DNA of 64,000 nucleotides from Lytechinus pictus. Lineage: Eukaryota. Positions 12,301-25,012 of the stretch are shown here, in pieces. Position 1 is the first letter of the stretch; the number at the start of each line of letters is the position of its first letter. The stretch covers positions 8,496,001-8,560,000 of the forward strand of contig NC_087250.1 of the NCBI RefSeq assembly GCF_037042905.1, given 5' to 3'. A program made the position numbers and the translations under genes. The notes beneath the pieces were generated by a model. That model was not told the origin of the DNA. It was given only the letters and a program-made list of their open reading frames with translations, and did no database searches.

Positions 12301-12778
12301 CGAACATTAAATAATGATTATTTATAAATAATGAGAATAATGGTGCACTCGAAAAAATTATTTATAAATAATGAAGTAGACGTTTTCATTATTTAACAAA
12401 TAATCATTATTTATAAATAATGGAAAACTCAACAAAATTATTTATAAATAATGAAAAACAAATAATCATTATTTGTAAATAATGAAAAACCAATAATCAT
12501 TATTTATAAATAATGAAAAACAAATAATCATTATTTATAAATAATGAAAAACAAATAATCATTATTTATAAATAATGGAATGTCGAACTATTATTATTTA
12601 CAAATAATGAAGTATTACTTGGAATTATATATAAATAATTAGAAATGATATTTTATATAATAGTAGTTATTTACAAATAAAATGTAAATTATATATAAAT
12701 AATAGTTATTATTTAATAAATAATGATTATATAACAAATAATTGTTCTATATAATATTGGTACATTCGGCGCCTCATA
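9347..12778. mobile_element. 3.43-kb palindromic foldback element with 6-bp TSD TAACTT
   Basis: TATGAGGCGCCGAATGTAC...GTACATTCGGCGCCTCATA; arms nearly identical; axis at 11064-11065; TSD at 9341-9346 and 12779-12784. Confidence 0.9.
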
Positions 12779-13299
12779 TAACTTTGCCATCCAGTGGTAA
12801 CTTCAAGGAAATCCTTGATTCTGATTGGCTGATTAGCATCATTACCATGGTAGTTACCATTGGTTGGCAAAGTTACTAGTAATTTTTATTCAACGGGGCC
12901 CTGGTGCTTCCTTTCGAAGCTGTAAATGTTTGAATTCTCGCTATCGAAAAAATAACCAAAATAGTGCTGGGTGATTTTTCGATAAAAAATAATGAATATT
13001 TGATAATGGTTTTATGATAAGGTTGAAACACTGTGGTAACACGATGTTGTTGATTATGAAAACCAAATCACTATTTTTGAACAAAAATGCCGTTTTGTAT
13101 TGCTATAAACCAACTCGGAACTTCAATCCCCGACCATGGCACTTACTGTATGCCTGGGAGCAAGGTCTTTAATCAACAGTGTTCTTTTATCCAACATTGA
13201 AATAAATGGGGGAGAAAAAAATAAAAATCCATATTTCATTGTTCGAAATGATCTATCTGAAATAGAAATACTTTGAAAACTCCTTTTTCCCAATTGATT

Positions 13300-13477
13300 G
13301 TGGGCCCAACAGCCACTGTGCAGCGCCAGATCGACATGGCTCTATCCCTTGAACCATTGAACGCCAAACTGAGTAGCAGCAACTCCCATCTTTAAACGTC
13401 TTTTGGTCTGACGCGGCCGGGGTTTGAACTTCCGACCTCCTGGTTGTGAGATGGACACTTTACCAACTGAGCCAACA
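13300..13477 (-). mobile_element. tRNA-derived SINE; related pieces at ~2712-2792 and ~25988-26352
   Basis: Minus-strand A-box TGGCTCAGTTGG and B-box GTTCAAACC; shared GCCACTGTGCAGCGCCAGATC body. Confidence 0.7.
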
Positions 13478-13544
13478 AACTGGAAATGCTATATGCATTA
13501 TTGCTAACTGTGTGTGTGTGCACTTGGTTTAAAAGTAAATTAAT

Positions 13545-13815
13545 AAATAAAAGTAAATAAATGAAATTAATCAGTTAATAAACAAGTAAATAAATAAATG
13601 AAATAAACAAATAAATTAATAAATGAAATAAATAAACTAATAAATAAGTGAATAAATAAGTAAATAATGAAATAAATAAATCGATTAATTAATAAATAAA
13701 TGAAATAAATATATTAATAAATAAATAAAAAAATAAATAAATGAAATAAATTAATCAATAAGTAAATAAATAAATGAAATAAATAGATTAATAAATAAAT
13801 AAATTAAATAAACAA
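13545..13815. repeat. Degenerate (TAAA)n tract
   Basis: Direct reading. Confidence 0.9.
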
Positions 13816-13829
13816 AATACATAGTTAAC

Positions 13830-13982
13830 CTGTGTATTGTAGATTCTTCTCTTTGTGTAGTTGTTTCATCCCCTCCCTCAGTGTTGTTGGGTTTACTTAA
13901 CGATGGCCAGGAATTTGTCGTTATACTAGGGCTCCCTCTACTGTTCGACTTCTGTGTGGTGGGCGGCGATGGCTGCTTTTTT
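13830..13982 (-). CDS. CNOT4: CNOT4 exon 10, low-complexity region (KKQPSPP...NSWPSL...)
   Basis: Open phase-2 exon with ag/gt boundaries and WPSL motif. Confidence 0.75.
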
Positions 13983-14210
13983 CTGTCAATTTACGACACA
14001 AGGAATAATCATGTTACAGTATGCAATACATGGTTTGGGTTAGGAAAGTTGACTTCAAACGAACAAGACCAATGACAAAATGAGGAAAAGGGAAATATTT
14101 CATAAAATATGTGAAAAGGGGTAAATATCATCATAGAAAGTAACACTACCAGAACACAGTAAGCCCAATGCACAGAAACACAGCCAGTCTGAAGCCCTGT
14201 TAAGATTCTA

Positions 14211-14505
14211 GGCCCGTATTCTGAACTCGGGTTTACATTTGTGGTTTAACTATGGAGAGCCAATTGGAGCACAAATCCCTTACAGTACACGTTCAATATA
14301 TTAACTCATATGACACCCAAATTGATCGTAATTGTCTGGGAATGATAACTGAAGTATTTTTCTTCATTATGAAAGCAAAAGGAAACAAAATAGTGAACAT
14401 AAGGAATATACAGTATAAACAGAATTTTTGAACTTTTGGCTCCCTATAATTTTAGCACAGAGTTAGACCGTGGTCTAAGTTAAACCTGACTTCAGAATAT
14501 GGGCC
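14211..14505. mobile_element. MITE (TIR GGCCCGTATTCTGAA)
   Basis: Imperfect terminal inverted repeats. Confidence 0.6.
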
Positions 14506-14941
14506 TGGGAAGTTACATTCAATATTCAAGATAAATGTGAATGAAAAGTATCATTTATTTGAGGTTCAATCTAACTGTAAGAATACTAATATAAACAATT
14601 TTGAATGATTGCAAGCGTTTATTTTGGAGTAAAGGCCAAATCAGTTTCAAATAGTAGCCAATCGTATGATTGCTATGACGTCATTACAACTAAATAATTA
14701 AATTCGTTTTTTCAGATAGCATGGTCACAGATTTGAACATAGGTATATGTACAATGACATACATTGCATAGTAAGATATACCATGTCTCAATATTAGCAT
14801 CAAATTCTAAAACGTTTTATTCCAAAATCAGGTCGCAGACCAATTGTAAGGTGTGCGGTGGCCTTTAGGCCGCTGATGTGACGTGCATACGGTCTATATA
14901 GGGTCGCCTGAATGGAGATTGATAGAATAGAAGTACGATAC

Positions 14942-15154
14942 CTTGTATTAGATTGTGGTTTTGCTCTTTCCCTTCCCGACGATGTTGCAGCATGGCTTGT
15001 AGCACTTGATGAGTTAGTGGTAGCTGATGTTGATGCTGTAGTTACAGCTGTGTGGTTGTGTGTTGTTGTGGTCGTGGTAGAGGAACCGGGACTGTGACTA
15101 CTACCACCTCCTAAGAGGTCATGTAGTAACTTCTGTTCATACTCTTGATGTTTA
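14942..15154 (-). CDS. CNOT4: CNOT4 exon 9 (KHQEYEQKLLHDLLGG plus S/T-rich linker)
   Basis: Conserved KHQEYEQKLL; open frame; AG|gtatcg donor, phase 2. Confidence 0.9.
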
Positions 15155-15311
15155 CTGCAAGAGAATATTTTGAAATTTACATGTATTCATTTCATTAGTT
15201 ATTTATTCGTTTGTCACTTAAAAAACACATTTATATTACTTATTAGTTACAAAATGAATTTCAATTGAAACATGATAGAGATCATCACACAAACACAAAT
15301 TTTGGCATCAG

Positions 15312-15975
15312 TCTTCCTCCTCCTTCTTTTGCTTCTTCTTCTTCTACTTCCACATCCTTCTTCTTTTGCTCCTCCTTCTACTTCCTCCTCCTCCCCCCTC
15401 TCATCCTTCTTCTTTTGCTTCTTCCTCTTCTACTTCCCCCTCCTCCTTCTACTTCCTCCTCCTACTTCCTCCTTCTGCTACTACCTCCTCCTTCTTCTCC
15501 TTCCACCTCCTCCTTCTTCTACTTCCACCTCCTCCTTCTTCTTCCTCCTCCTCCCCCCTCTCATCCTTCTTTTGCTTCTTCTTCTTCCCCCTCCTCCTTC
15601 CTCCTCCTTATTCTTCTTTTGCTTCTTCTTCTTCTACTTCCCCCTCCTTCTTCTTCCTCCTCCTCCCCCCTCTCATCCTTCTTCTTTTGCTTCTTCTTCC
15701 CCCTCCTCCTTCTTCCTCTTCTCCTCCTCCTCCTTATTTTTCTTTTGCTTCTTCTTCTACTTCCCCTCCTCCTTCTTCTTCTCCTTCTACTTCCTCCTCC
15801 TTCTTCTTCTCTTTCTTCTTCTCCTCCTTCCTCTTCCTCCTTCTTCTCCCTCCTCCTTCTTCTACTTCCTCCTCCTTCTTCTACTTCCTCCTCCTCCTTC
15901 TTCTTCTCCTCCTTCCTCTTCCTCCTCCTTCTTCTTCTTCTCCTCCTCTTCCTCCTCCTCTCCCTCCTCCTTGTT
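15312..15975. repeat. Polypyrimidine (CTT/CCT)n microsatellite
   Basis: Direct reading; source of three spurious stop-free ORFs. Confidence 0.95.
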
Positions 15976-16127
15976 CTTTTTCATTGGGTCAATCACAATC
16001 CACTGTGTTGACCGGGCCTTGGAAGGAGTTTAATGAAGCTTATGACATCATACGCTTTGCACAACTTTGTGAACGAGCAAATTTCAACCCTTGAGGATAT
16101 AAATCAAAAGGCAAATAATGAACTCAC

Positions 16128-16195
16128 CCCATCTGCATATCTTCCTTCGTAAAACTCGCATTCTCGTCACCTAACTCGTGTAAATACATACAGTC
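16128..16195 (-). CDS. CNOT4: CNOT4 exon 8 (DCMYLHELGDENASFTKEDMQM)
   Basis: Manual translation; completes the C3H1 finger; ag/gtgagt boundaries. Confidence 0.95.
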
Positions 16196-16614
16196 CTGAA
16201 ATAACAAGAGAAAAAAAAATTGGTTGAATTGTAGAGTCTTCATAGGTGTTGAAATAGCCCCATTTTAGGGTTAATGTAGGTTGAGCATTATTGCTGTGGT
16301 ATTCACCACTACCAAGTCATGAAAAGGCGAACTTAAAAAGAAAAATAACAAAAACAATCTAGAACCAAAGAACACTGTAAATGGGGTTGGGGATACCCTT
16401 TATGGATATTACAAAACAATAGTGCAAGGTCCTCGAATTGTTGCTCCAAGAACAACCAAATCCTCATTAAACAACAAATGGAACCTTTACTTTAATAGCT
16501 TCGGACATTGCAAATCCATCACAAAATTATAATGCAAGGTCCTCAAATTGTTGCTACAACACCCTCTCTAAACAATCACATCGTCATCAAACATAAAATG
16601 AATCCTTCACTTAC

Positions 16615-16779
16615 TAGCTTCGGACATTGCGAATTCCTCAGAAAGTGACTGCAGTATTTTGTTGTACCTAACGAAGCCTTTAACGTCCTACCATCGACGT
16701 GTACGTTGTTTACCGCTTGTATCGCCCGTAACGAGTCCTCAGCCCTCTGGTAGGTTACATACGCACTTGCACTGGGCCC
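16615..16779 (-). CDS. CNOT4: CNOT4 exon 7, RRM end and C3H1 finger start (GPSASAYVTY...GTTKYCSHFLRNSQCPKL)
   Basis: Within ORF 16576..16791; ag/gtaagt boundaries. Confidence 0.97.
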
Positions 16780-16861
16780 CTGAAGGTTCAAACAAAAAAG
16801 GGGAAAAAAAGTCTAGTACAACATGCAAAGACAAGTAGGAATATATTCCCAAAAGACTTAA

Positions 16862-17239
16862 AGGTATTGTTTAACTTTGGGAGCAGCCGATTTAAAAAAT
16901 TCTCAAACCAAGATGAAACATGTGTACAAGTGCATGTATTAGAACTGATAAACCCTGAAAACAACCATTATTGAGAATGAAAAGCTAAAACTACAAGGCA
17001 AACCCCGATCTTGTAAATAGGCGTCTTATAGACGCCTAAATAGTACACATAAGTGTATGGGATGAAATTAAGATGGTGTTTTTGGTCACTTTATATTTCA
17101 ATTTTTGAAGCACCAAATAATTATTTTCGAACACAATTTTTTCTGGATTTCTTTTTTGTAACATATCACAGACACAGGTGACAAGTGTGACCTTCTAGCT
17201 CAGATTTTTTTAAAGTCAAACCAATGTTAACCAATCACT
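16862..17239. mobile_element. Kolobok-like non-autonomous element
   Basis: TTAA on both sides, AG...CT termini, imperfect 19-bp TIR. Confidence 0.6.
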
Positions 17240-17319
17240 TTAACCGGAAAAAGGGTGAGGGAGAGAGAGAGAGGCACTTCAAATAGAATACAGAGCCCAT
17301 TTGAATGAGTTATGTAGAT

Positions 17320-17593
17320 GTGTTGTAGCTCAGTGGATTAAGTCTTCAGACTTTGAACCACAAGGTCTGGGGTTCGAATCCCACCACAGCACTCGCGCTC
17401 TTTGGCAAGACGTTTTTCTATATTTGCCCCTCTCCACCCAGGTGTAGTAAATGGATCCCCGGTAGGAAGGAATTCCTTGAATGCTCGATGCACCATATCA
17501 GGGTAGCCGTGCTTAAGCCAGGGTAATAGTATGCAGCACTTAGAAACATTTGTTTTAAGTGCTATATAAATGTTGCATATTTTTATTATTATT
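17320..17593 (+). mobile_element. tRNA-derived SINE with CTCTCCACCCAGGTG core and (TTA)n tail
   Basis: A-box TAGCTCAGTGG, B-box GGTTCGAATCC; relatives on the minus strand at ~6150-6296 and ~61470-61683. Confidence 0.8.
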
Positions 17594-18692
17594 ACAGCAG
17601 ATCCCCTGTTTTGGGGTATAACATTTGAGTGATCGCAAACCAGCTCACCTTGTGATTACCCCATGTGGTGAATACACCAAGTTATGGTTTGAACCTAGTG
17701 ACAATTAGACCAACTGACGTTTGGTCCAAATGTCAAGTAATAAGCTCAGAGCACACTATGCGATCCGATACGACACAATTTTTAAATGAATCGCAGTTTG
17801 CATTAAATATTAAACTTCCAAGAAGTAAAATTAATTAGCGGCAAGCCCTTTGGCCGGAGTAAAGTCCATATCAGCTTCAAGTCGCAGCTGATGAAGACAT
17901 CAGTATGATTTGGAATTTAATTATTTGCTTTTATTCCTACAGGGAGGTTTGAACTAGACTGAATTATAGATTGAGCACCCACTGGACTGCCAGGGTCAAA
18001 TAAAGTCCACTGAATTACTGTAGTCAATAAAGACCATTTGACCCTATCCAGTGGGTGCTTACACAAAAAAAGTTACTATTATAGTAACTTTGCTCTCCAA
18101 CGGTATTGGTAACTACCATGGCAACAATGATCAACTGCCTATCAAATCCAAGGATTCCATAAATTTACCATTGGACGGCAAAGTTATAATAATACTAATT
18201 TGTATGCAACAGGACCCAGATGGAATGAAACTCACAATAAAAACCTGATGTACAGACCTGCCAACCTCTGGGAATGAAAAACTGTATTCTTTGATAAAAA
18301 AAATGTATTTTTCCGCAAAAAAGTGAATTTCATAATAAAATGCTTGGCGCACTCGTTCATCGCGGCGCTCAAGCTGCATGCAAGCTAAAATGCGCACTGC
18401 TCTTGCAGATGAAAAAAACACATTGAAACATGTGTATATCTTCACCCTGGTTTTAACAAAATGATTGAAAAAAAAGTTACCTGAAATTACATTGATCTAA
18501 TGACCATATTTGTGTACGTTTTATGAAATAGAGACATATAGAGATGATTTTTCTCAATAAATTACGATTTCGTTAAAAAAAAAAATTAAAAAAAAAAATT
18601 AAAAAAAAAGTATTTTGGTTGCAAAAAACGTACTAAATACGCCTAAAACGTACTGGTTGGCAGGTCTGGATGTATTGTATAAAAACACTTAC

Positions 18693-18785
18693 GTGAGACT
18701 GACTTCCTGCATAGGATGTGTTCTGGTTTATAACCACTTTGAGAATTTTGCCAAATTTCCCAAAGTATTCTTGCTTTCTCAAAAT
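18693..18785 (-). CDS. CNOT4: CNOT4 exon 6, RRM (ILRKQEYFGKFGKILKVVINQNTSYAGSQSH)
   Basis: Manual translation, ag/gtaagt boundaries, 93 nt, phase 0. Confidence 0.95.
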
Positions 18786-19862
18786 CTGAAAACATGAAGA
18801 ACAAAATCTAATGGTAATACTTTAGTTGGTTATTTGAATTTTTACCTCAAGGACAAATGCAGCCGCAAGGCCAGTCACATAGCTTTAGGCCAATACAAAA
18901 TTATTTTCATAACATATATCTAACTACAAAATATGGACGACATGGCGTACCAGTATTTGAAGTTAGCAAAAACATTATTGTTTCAGAATTTACAAGTGGA
19001 GTGTTAAAATATATGCTAAAGCCCAAGATGAAATACTTTGTTTTAACTTTTTAGAAATCTAAAAATTTGACCTTCCTTGAATCAAATAATCGCCAAAGAC
19101 AAAGCATTAATTCAGACCAGGGCTTCGTATAACAAAGGTTAGTGTTTAGTGACTATTATGAAAGAACAATTCTGATTGGTTCCTGGTCAGTCTACTGAGC
19201 AAAATGCACATGCAATGGTGATCTTGATAGGCCATTTTGCTAGCCTTTGTGTTACGGGCCCGAAATAAGCAAAAAATGTGTTAATAAATAATTATGTTCT
19301 TCCACATCAAATTTTGTTATAGTCAAACACATTGTTTGCGGTCCAAAGAAATCTGACTTTCTGCACATTATGTTTTTTTTTGTGACGGCAAAAACAAATT
19401 ATAGTAGGCAAGAGGATGGAACCATTTTATTTTTTAAAGCAGATACGAACCAATAGCGCCATCTGGAGTCCTCAACTACTCATACCTGGCCAGTTTCCTG
19501 AGCCATAATGCTAATGTAGTCTAGTAATATTATAGACCCACTTGAATGATAACATGCTAATTAACTACTAAATACATTTATACCACAATAATTATGTTAC
19601 CAAGTAGCAAAACAATTACTTTTCCTCTCAAAATATTTTAGTTTCTCTATACAAATACAATTATAGGTTAATTTATTCACTGTAGTATTAGTAGATATCT
19701 GAAAACGTATACTTTAAGACTATTTGTTTATAACACACAGTCAATGAGAGACCACACACAGTTCACTCCCCCTTTAAACTACCATGCACAAGAAAGAGCA
19801 AGTTGAAAATTGAAAAAATAAAGAAAATTTGTTGGGAACAAATCTCAGAGAAGGTTACTTAC

Positions 19863-19923
19863 TTCTGTGTCCGCCAATCTTTGTGACAAGCCAACAACAA
19901 AAACAAGATTCTTCTGGACGACT
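19863..19923 (-). CDS. CNOT4: CNOT4 exon 5, RRM start (VVQKNLVFVVGLSQRLADTE)
   Basis: Manual translation, ag/gtaagt boundaries. Confidence 0.95.
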
Positions 19924-20353
19924 CTGTAAGTAAAAAAAAACATAATATCCAAATATTTCAAAAATAAACGCCTATTGTGGTAAAGATTTCAAAGTTAGCT
20001 TGTACAGAATCCAATAAAATGACTATCCAAGTGCGTTTGCATACATACATTAAAAATGATGTGGTAAAGGAATCTGAAAAAAATTGCCACATTGCTGAGA
20101 AATGAGCAAATATGCATGGGATATGGAGTATTTTTCCAAGCAATAATAATAATACACTGTCCCACATGTGCTTATCTGCGTTGGTGCTCTACAGTGTGGT
20201 CATTTATTAGCTTAGATTTCAGGATTAGATTTAACAAAGTTCAGTTTATGCACGTGTACCAGAGCTAGATACTACAGTGACTATTTATCTTGGTTTGAGA
20301 GATTTCCTGTGAAATTATTGTTTACTGCAACTTCTTTCATTCATCTTTATTAA

Positions 20354-21122
20354 CCCTAATTCTCCCGGGGGGGGGGGGGGCCATAATGGCCCCCCCTTGA
20401 CAATTTTCGCGATATATCTGCTGCGCAAATTTTTTTGACCTCGCCGCTCACTGACTTTTTACTTTGAAGTCTCGCGCAAATTTTGAGACCAAATTTGTGA
20501 CGCCCGGGTACACGGTTACGACATTACGCAACATTATGTAAATGCATGTCAGACCCAAAATTGCTCATAAACGTGATTTCATGTACAAATCCAATGCAAA
20601 TTGTGTATTTAGCCAAAATTCATAAATGTATCATTATTTCTACTTTTACTGATTAAACTGAATTAATTTTGCCTTGTTTATGATCAGAACTAAGTCTGGA
20701 ATGATTTCCATTGAAAAAACAATAAAAAACAAAAAGTAAAAAAACAAAGAAATACATAAGAAATTCATAAAACAATAAAATACATAAGAAATTGATTTCC
20801 GAACCGAAGTTTTTTTAATTGCGATTGTTAAGATTGCTACAAAGAATTTTTTTACCAAAAAATAGCATTCTAGGAGCTTTATTTAGTGAATTATAGCAAA
20901 AAGTATGATTTATGCATAAATTAGCATAATTAATTCATATAAAATAAAATCTCATTATTTTGGAAAATTTTACCATACAGCCTTGTAGATTACATCGCAC
21001 ACTACCAGTGTGCAAATTTTTGCGTCGCTCGCGCAATCGGCGGCCGAGATCTTAAGGGGGGCCATAATGGCCCCCCCCCCCCCGGGATTGACAAGAATCA
21101 AAATACCCCGGGAGATTGAGGG
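20354..21122. mobile_element. Second copy of the piggyBac-like TTAA MITE
   Basis: Highly similar to 3635-4401; TTAA at 20350-20353 and 21123-21126. Confidence 0.88.
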
Positions 21123-21402
21123 TTAAAGCAGATACAAACCAATAGCGCCATTTCGAGTCCTCAACTACTCTAACTAGCCAGTTTCCTGACCCATAATGCT
21201 AGTGTAGTCTAGTAATATAGACCCACTTGAATGATAACATGCTAATTAACTACTCAATACAGTTATACTGCAATAATTATGTTACCAAGTAGCAAAACAA
21301 TTACTTTTCCTCTCAAAACAGTTTAGCTTCTCTATACAAATACAATTATAGGTCAATTTATTCTCTGTAGTATTAGTAGATATCTGAAAAAGTTTATTTT
21401 AA

Positions 21403-22069
21403 CCCTATCTAGGCCGGGGTATTTTGGGAGTTCATATGGCGGGGGGGGCCTTGAGATCTCGGCCGTCGACCGCGCCGAAAATTGGCACGCAGGTTGTCTG
21501 ATTAGTATGCGATATCATACTTTTTCCTCTAATTCTGTAAATAAAGCTCCAAATGTTCTAATTTTTGGCATAGAAACTCTTTGTGGTTTTCTTAGCAAGT
21601 TTACATGAAAAAAATTGTGATATCAGATCAATTTCATATGTATTATATTGTTTTTTGCAATTCCTTATGCATTTCTATGTTTTTTGGACCCTTTGTTTTT
21701 CATTGATTTTTCAATGAAATTCGTTGGGGACTCTTCTAAGATCATAAACAGCATAAAATACATACATTTAGACCAGCAAAACTAAAAATAATCATACATT
21801 TATGATTTTTGGTTGAAAACACAATTTACATTGACTTTGTATACGAAATCACGTTTTCGAGCAATTTTTGGTCTGACATGCACTTACATAACGTTGCGTA
21901 ATTTCGGAACCGCGTACCCGGGTGATGCAAAATTGGTCTCAAAAGTTGCGCAAGACTTGAAAGAAAAAAGTCAGCGAGCAGCACGGTCAAAAAAATTTGT
22001 GCGGCTAAAATATCGTGCGGCCCTTTGAAGGGGGCCTCCGAGGCCCCCCCCCCCCCGGCCTAGATAGGG
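21403..22069. mobile_element. Related piggyBac-like TTAA MITE subfamily, opposite orientation
   Basis: TTAA|CCCTATCTAGGCCGGGG...CCCCGGCCTAGATAGGG|TTAA; empty site visible in the paralogous segment near 19714. Confidence 0.82.
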
Positions 22070-22388
22070 TTAAGACTATGTATTTATAACACACAGTCAA
22101 TGAGATACCACACACAGTTCACTCCCCCTTTAAATCAAGTAAATATGTAAGCTAGAGTCGATTTGGTCTGTAAAACTAGTACTGAAGGTCAAGTACTTTA
22201 TCCACAAATGTGCAACGCTCCTAAATTTGGAAAGGCTAAATCAACCAGTTAATACAGAATGGTAGCAAACAAGAGAAAAAAAAAATCCTCCCAGGTTTTC
22301 GTTGGTAGGAATTTATGCCACTTTAAAAGAATTCCTGGAAAACCTACTTTTTGTATCATGATTAGTTTCAGGTCTTTCTCCCACTTAC

Positions 22389-22478
22389 CTTACACTGGCT
22401 AGATGTTTTCTGTTTTCTGTTATCTTCTGCTTGCGCTGAATATCTTTCTGTCTTTTTTCATTCTTTATCCGATGCATC
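22389..22478 (-). CDS. CNOT4: CNOT4 exon 4, coiled coil (MHRIKNEKRQKDIQRKQKITENRKHLASV)
   Basis: Manual translation, ag/gtaagt boundaries, phase 2 to 2. Confidence 0.95.
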
Positions 22479-23135
22479 CTGTCGAAAAATAATGCACGAA
22501 AAAACATATCATGAAAAACAGTTACCAGGGGCCCATCTTACAAAGAGTTGTGATTGATCCGATCAATCGCAACTATGGAAAGCCAGCAAAGTCAACGTAT
22601 AAATTGCATGTTTGCTCAAAATTTTCCCCTACAAATGAATGTATATCCATACATTAATTGATTTCTTGAAAATTTTGTGCATTCTCCTTTGTTTACAAAG
22701 GACATTTTGCAAATTTCCTGTGGAAAAAATTATGACACTGATGGATTTCCAGAGTTGCAATTGATTGGATCAATCGTATCTCTTTGTAAGACGGGGCCCT
22801 GTTGTGGTAACAGTCTAAAAACGATTATGAATTCATAAAATCCAACAAAATTAATAAGATGTGTCTAAAGATTGATAAAATAGATGCAATTCCACCCAGA
22901 AGATGGGCCTTTTTCTAAGCAACAATGATACACAGTCCCACATATGCTTATCTGTGTTGGTGATCTTAACTGTGATCATTTTTCAGCCCAGATTTCATGG
23001 TAATACAAATGATGATGACAACTATAAATGAAAGAAATAATAAAATAATAGAATAAAAGTATTCCATACTCCACTCGTTGTGAAACAACCCCCCCCCCCT
23101 CCATAACAAAATTTTAGACGAGCTTTAAAACTTAC

Positions 23136-23248
23136 TGTTCCTCGGAGAGTGGTTTGAAGTCTGCGGGGCATTCAGGGTAGGCCTTTCTGCATGCAGGACA
23201 CAAACCATTCTCATCTGTGCGAATACGATGCCAACAGAACCGACAAAT
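23136..23248 (-). CDS. CNOT4: CNOT4 exon 3, RING C-half (ICRFCWHRIRTDENGLCPACRKAYPECPADFKPLSEE)
   Basis: Manual translation, ag/gtaag boundaries, phase 0 to 2. Confidence 0.96.
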
Positions 23249-23660
23249 CTATGAAGAAAACAATGAGAAAATTATGATACTAAACCATTATCATCTGTAT
23301 GAATACGATGCCAACAGAACCGACATATCTATAAAGAAAACAATGCGACAAACATGGTAAAAAACCATTATCATCTGTATGAATACGATGCCAACAGACC
23401 TGACAAATCTATTAAGAAAACAATAAAAAAAATTATGATACTAAACCATTATCATCTATATGAATACGATGCCCACAGAACCGATAATTCAATAAAGAAA
23501 TCAATGGGACAATTATAACATTAACATTAAGCCATTCTCATCTGTACGAATACAATGCCAACAAAACTGACAAATCTTATAAAAGAGAAAGACAATTACA
23601 ATAATACATCATTCTCATCTGTAAAATTATGAAGCAAACAGAAATTGACAAATCCATAAA
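23202..23660. repeat. ~80-bp tandem repeat x6 containing the exon-3 acceptor and first ~47 coding nt
   Basis: AAACCATT.TCATCTGT..GAATACGATGCCAACAGAAC.GACAAATCT recurs with an 80-bp period and decays away from the exon. Confidence 0.9.
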
Positions 23661-24943
23661 AAAAACGCAATGAAACAATTAAGATAAGTGATTAAAAGCT
23701 GCACCAAATTACATATTTGGGCACAGGGAAAAAATTTAAATCGGGGCTCAGGGCAATTTCACTCCCGATACCTTAAAAAGAGCTCTGGAAAATGGAAGAG
23801 AGGCTCAGAAAATCTGCATTCACTGCAGTGTTAAAGCTTATCCAATGTTCCAGATTTTAACAGTAGGTTGTCAAAAGTAACCTCTGAAAAAAAAAGTTTC
23901 CTGGCCCCGTGTTACAAAGAGCACTGTTACGATTGATCCAATCAATCTCAAGTTTATGGAAATCCATTAATGTCATAACTTTTTTCTCTAGGAAATTTGT
24001 TCAATGTCCTTTGAAAACAAAAAGAAGCATACTGAATTGTCAAGAAAACAGTGAATGTATAAATATACATCATTTCTAGAAAAGATTTTGAACAAACATG
24101 TATTTTAGATGTTGACATTGCTGGCTTTCCATGGTTACTTTTGATCCGATCAATCGTAACTCTTTGTAAGACGGGGCCCCAGGTCTATCTTGTATGTTGT
24201 CTTCCTGGACTATAGCTTGAGTCTTCTAAAGTTTAATTTTTTTTTTACATTTGGGTTTTCTATTATTAGATCATTATTAAAGATCCCAGATTATAACTAG
24301 ACTGCTTTACATGAATGAGATCGCACAGGTACATGTATGGGGGTGAAAGACCATAGAGGCTTTGAAAACGAGTGTACAAGTCTTTTTAAACTACAGTCAA
24401 TGCTATATAGAGTGTTCAGTGTTTTAAATTATGCAACTCCCCAGAATGTTCTGTAATCTGATTGGTCCAAATTGGATCACATGATATTCAGCGAAATTGC
24501 ACTATTGAATCCAAAATGCACAATCCTGCACTCTGACGTCATACCAAATGTACTATCCTGCACTGTAGGATAGTGCGAGGTCTGGAATTATCTAGAATTG
24601 TCTAGAATTTAGATCAAATATAGCATTCGGGGCAACTCAGTAACATGGCGGAAAGGGGGGGGGGGGATTGTATAAAACAAATAATGCACGTAAGCGTGTC
24701 CATGCAGGGCCAAATAATGAACGATGTGCGAGAAGAGCCAATGAATATACCGCACCAAGGTCCGCAGGACCGAGTGTGGTATATCCATTTGGCAAGTCGA
24801 GCACAGAGTTTATTATTTAGGTCCTCTATGCACAAGAATGCACAAGAAATAGAATTTTATGCACAAGAAATAGAATTTTCTTTTTCACTAGAAAATTGCT
24901 CCCGAAAAAATGCATTACATAATCCCACATTAGCCAAACTCAC

Positions 24944-25012
24944 CTGATAACCGCATGTGCATGGGAAGAAATTGACATCGTCCAATTCCAAAGGTTCCAT
25001 GCATAGTGGGCA
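24944..25012 (-). CDS. CNOT4: CNOT4 exon 2, RING N-half (CPLCMEPLELDDVNFFPCTCGYQ)
   Basis: Manual translation, ag/gtgag boundaries, near identity to the recalled CNOT4 C4C4 RING. Confidence 0.96.

Noticed and set aside
14850..14907. Possible extra CNOT4 exon after exon 9
   Set aside because: The intron would be only ~34 nt and the frame hits TAA
15265..16094. Three 240-250 aa ORFs in all + frames
   Set aside because: A pyrimidine microsatellite cannot contain stop codons; intronic
17320..17395. Functional tRNA gene
   Set aside because: Poor stems and continues into a SINE body and tail
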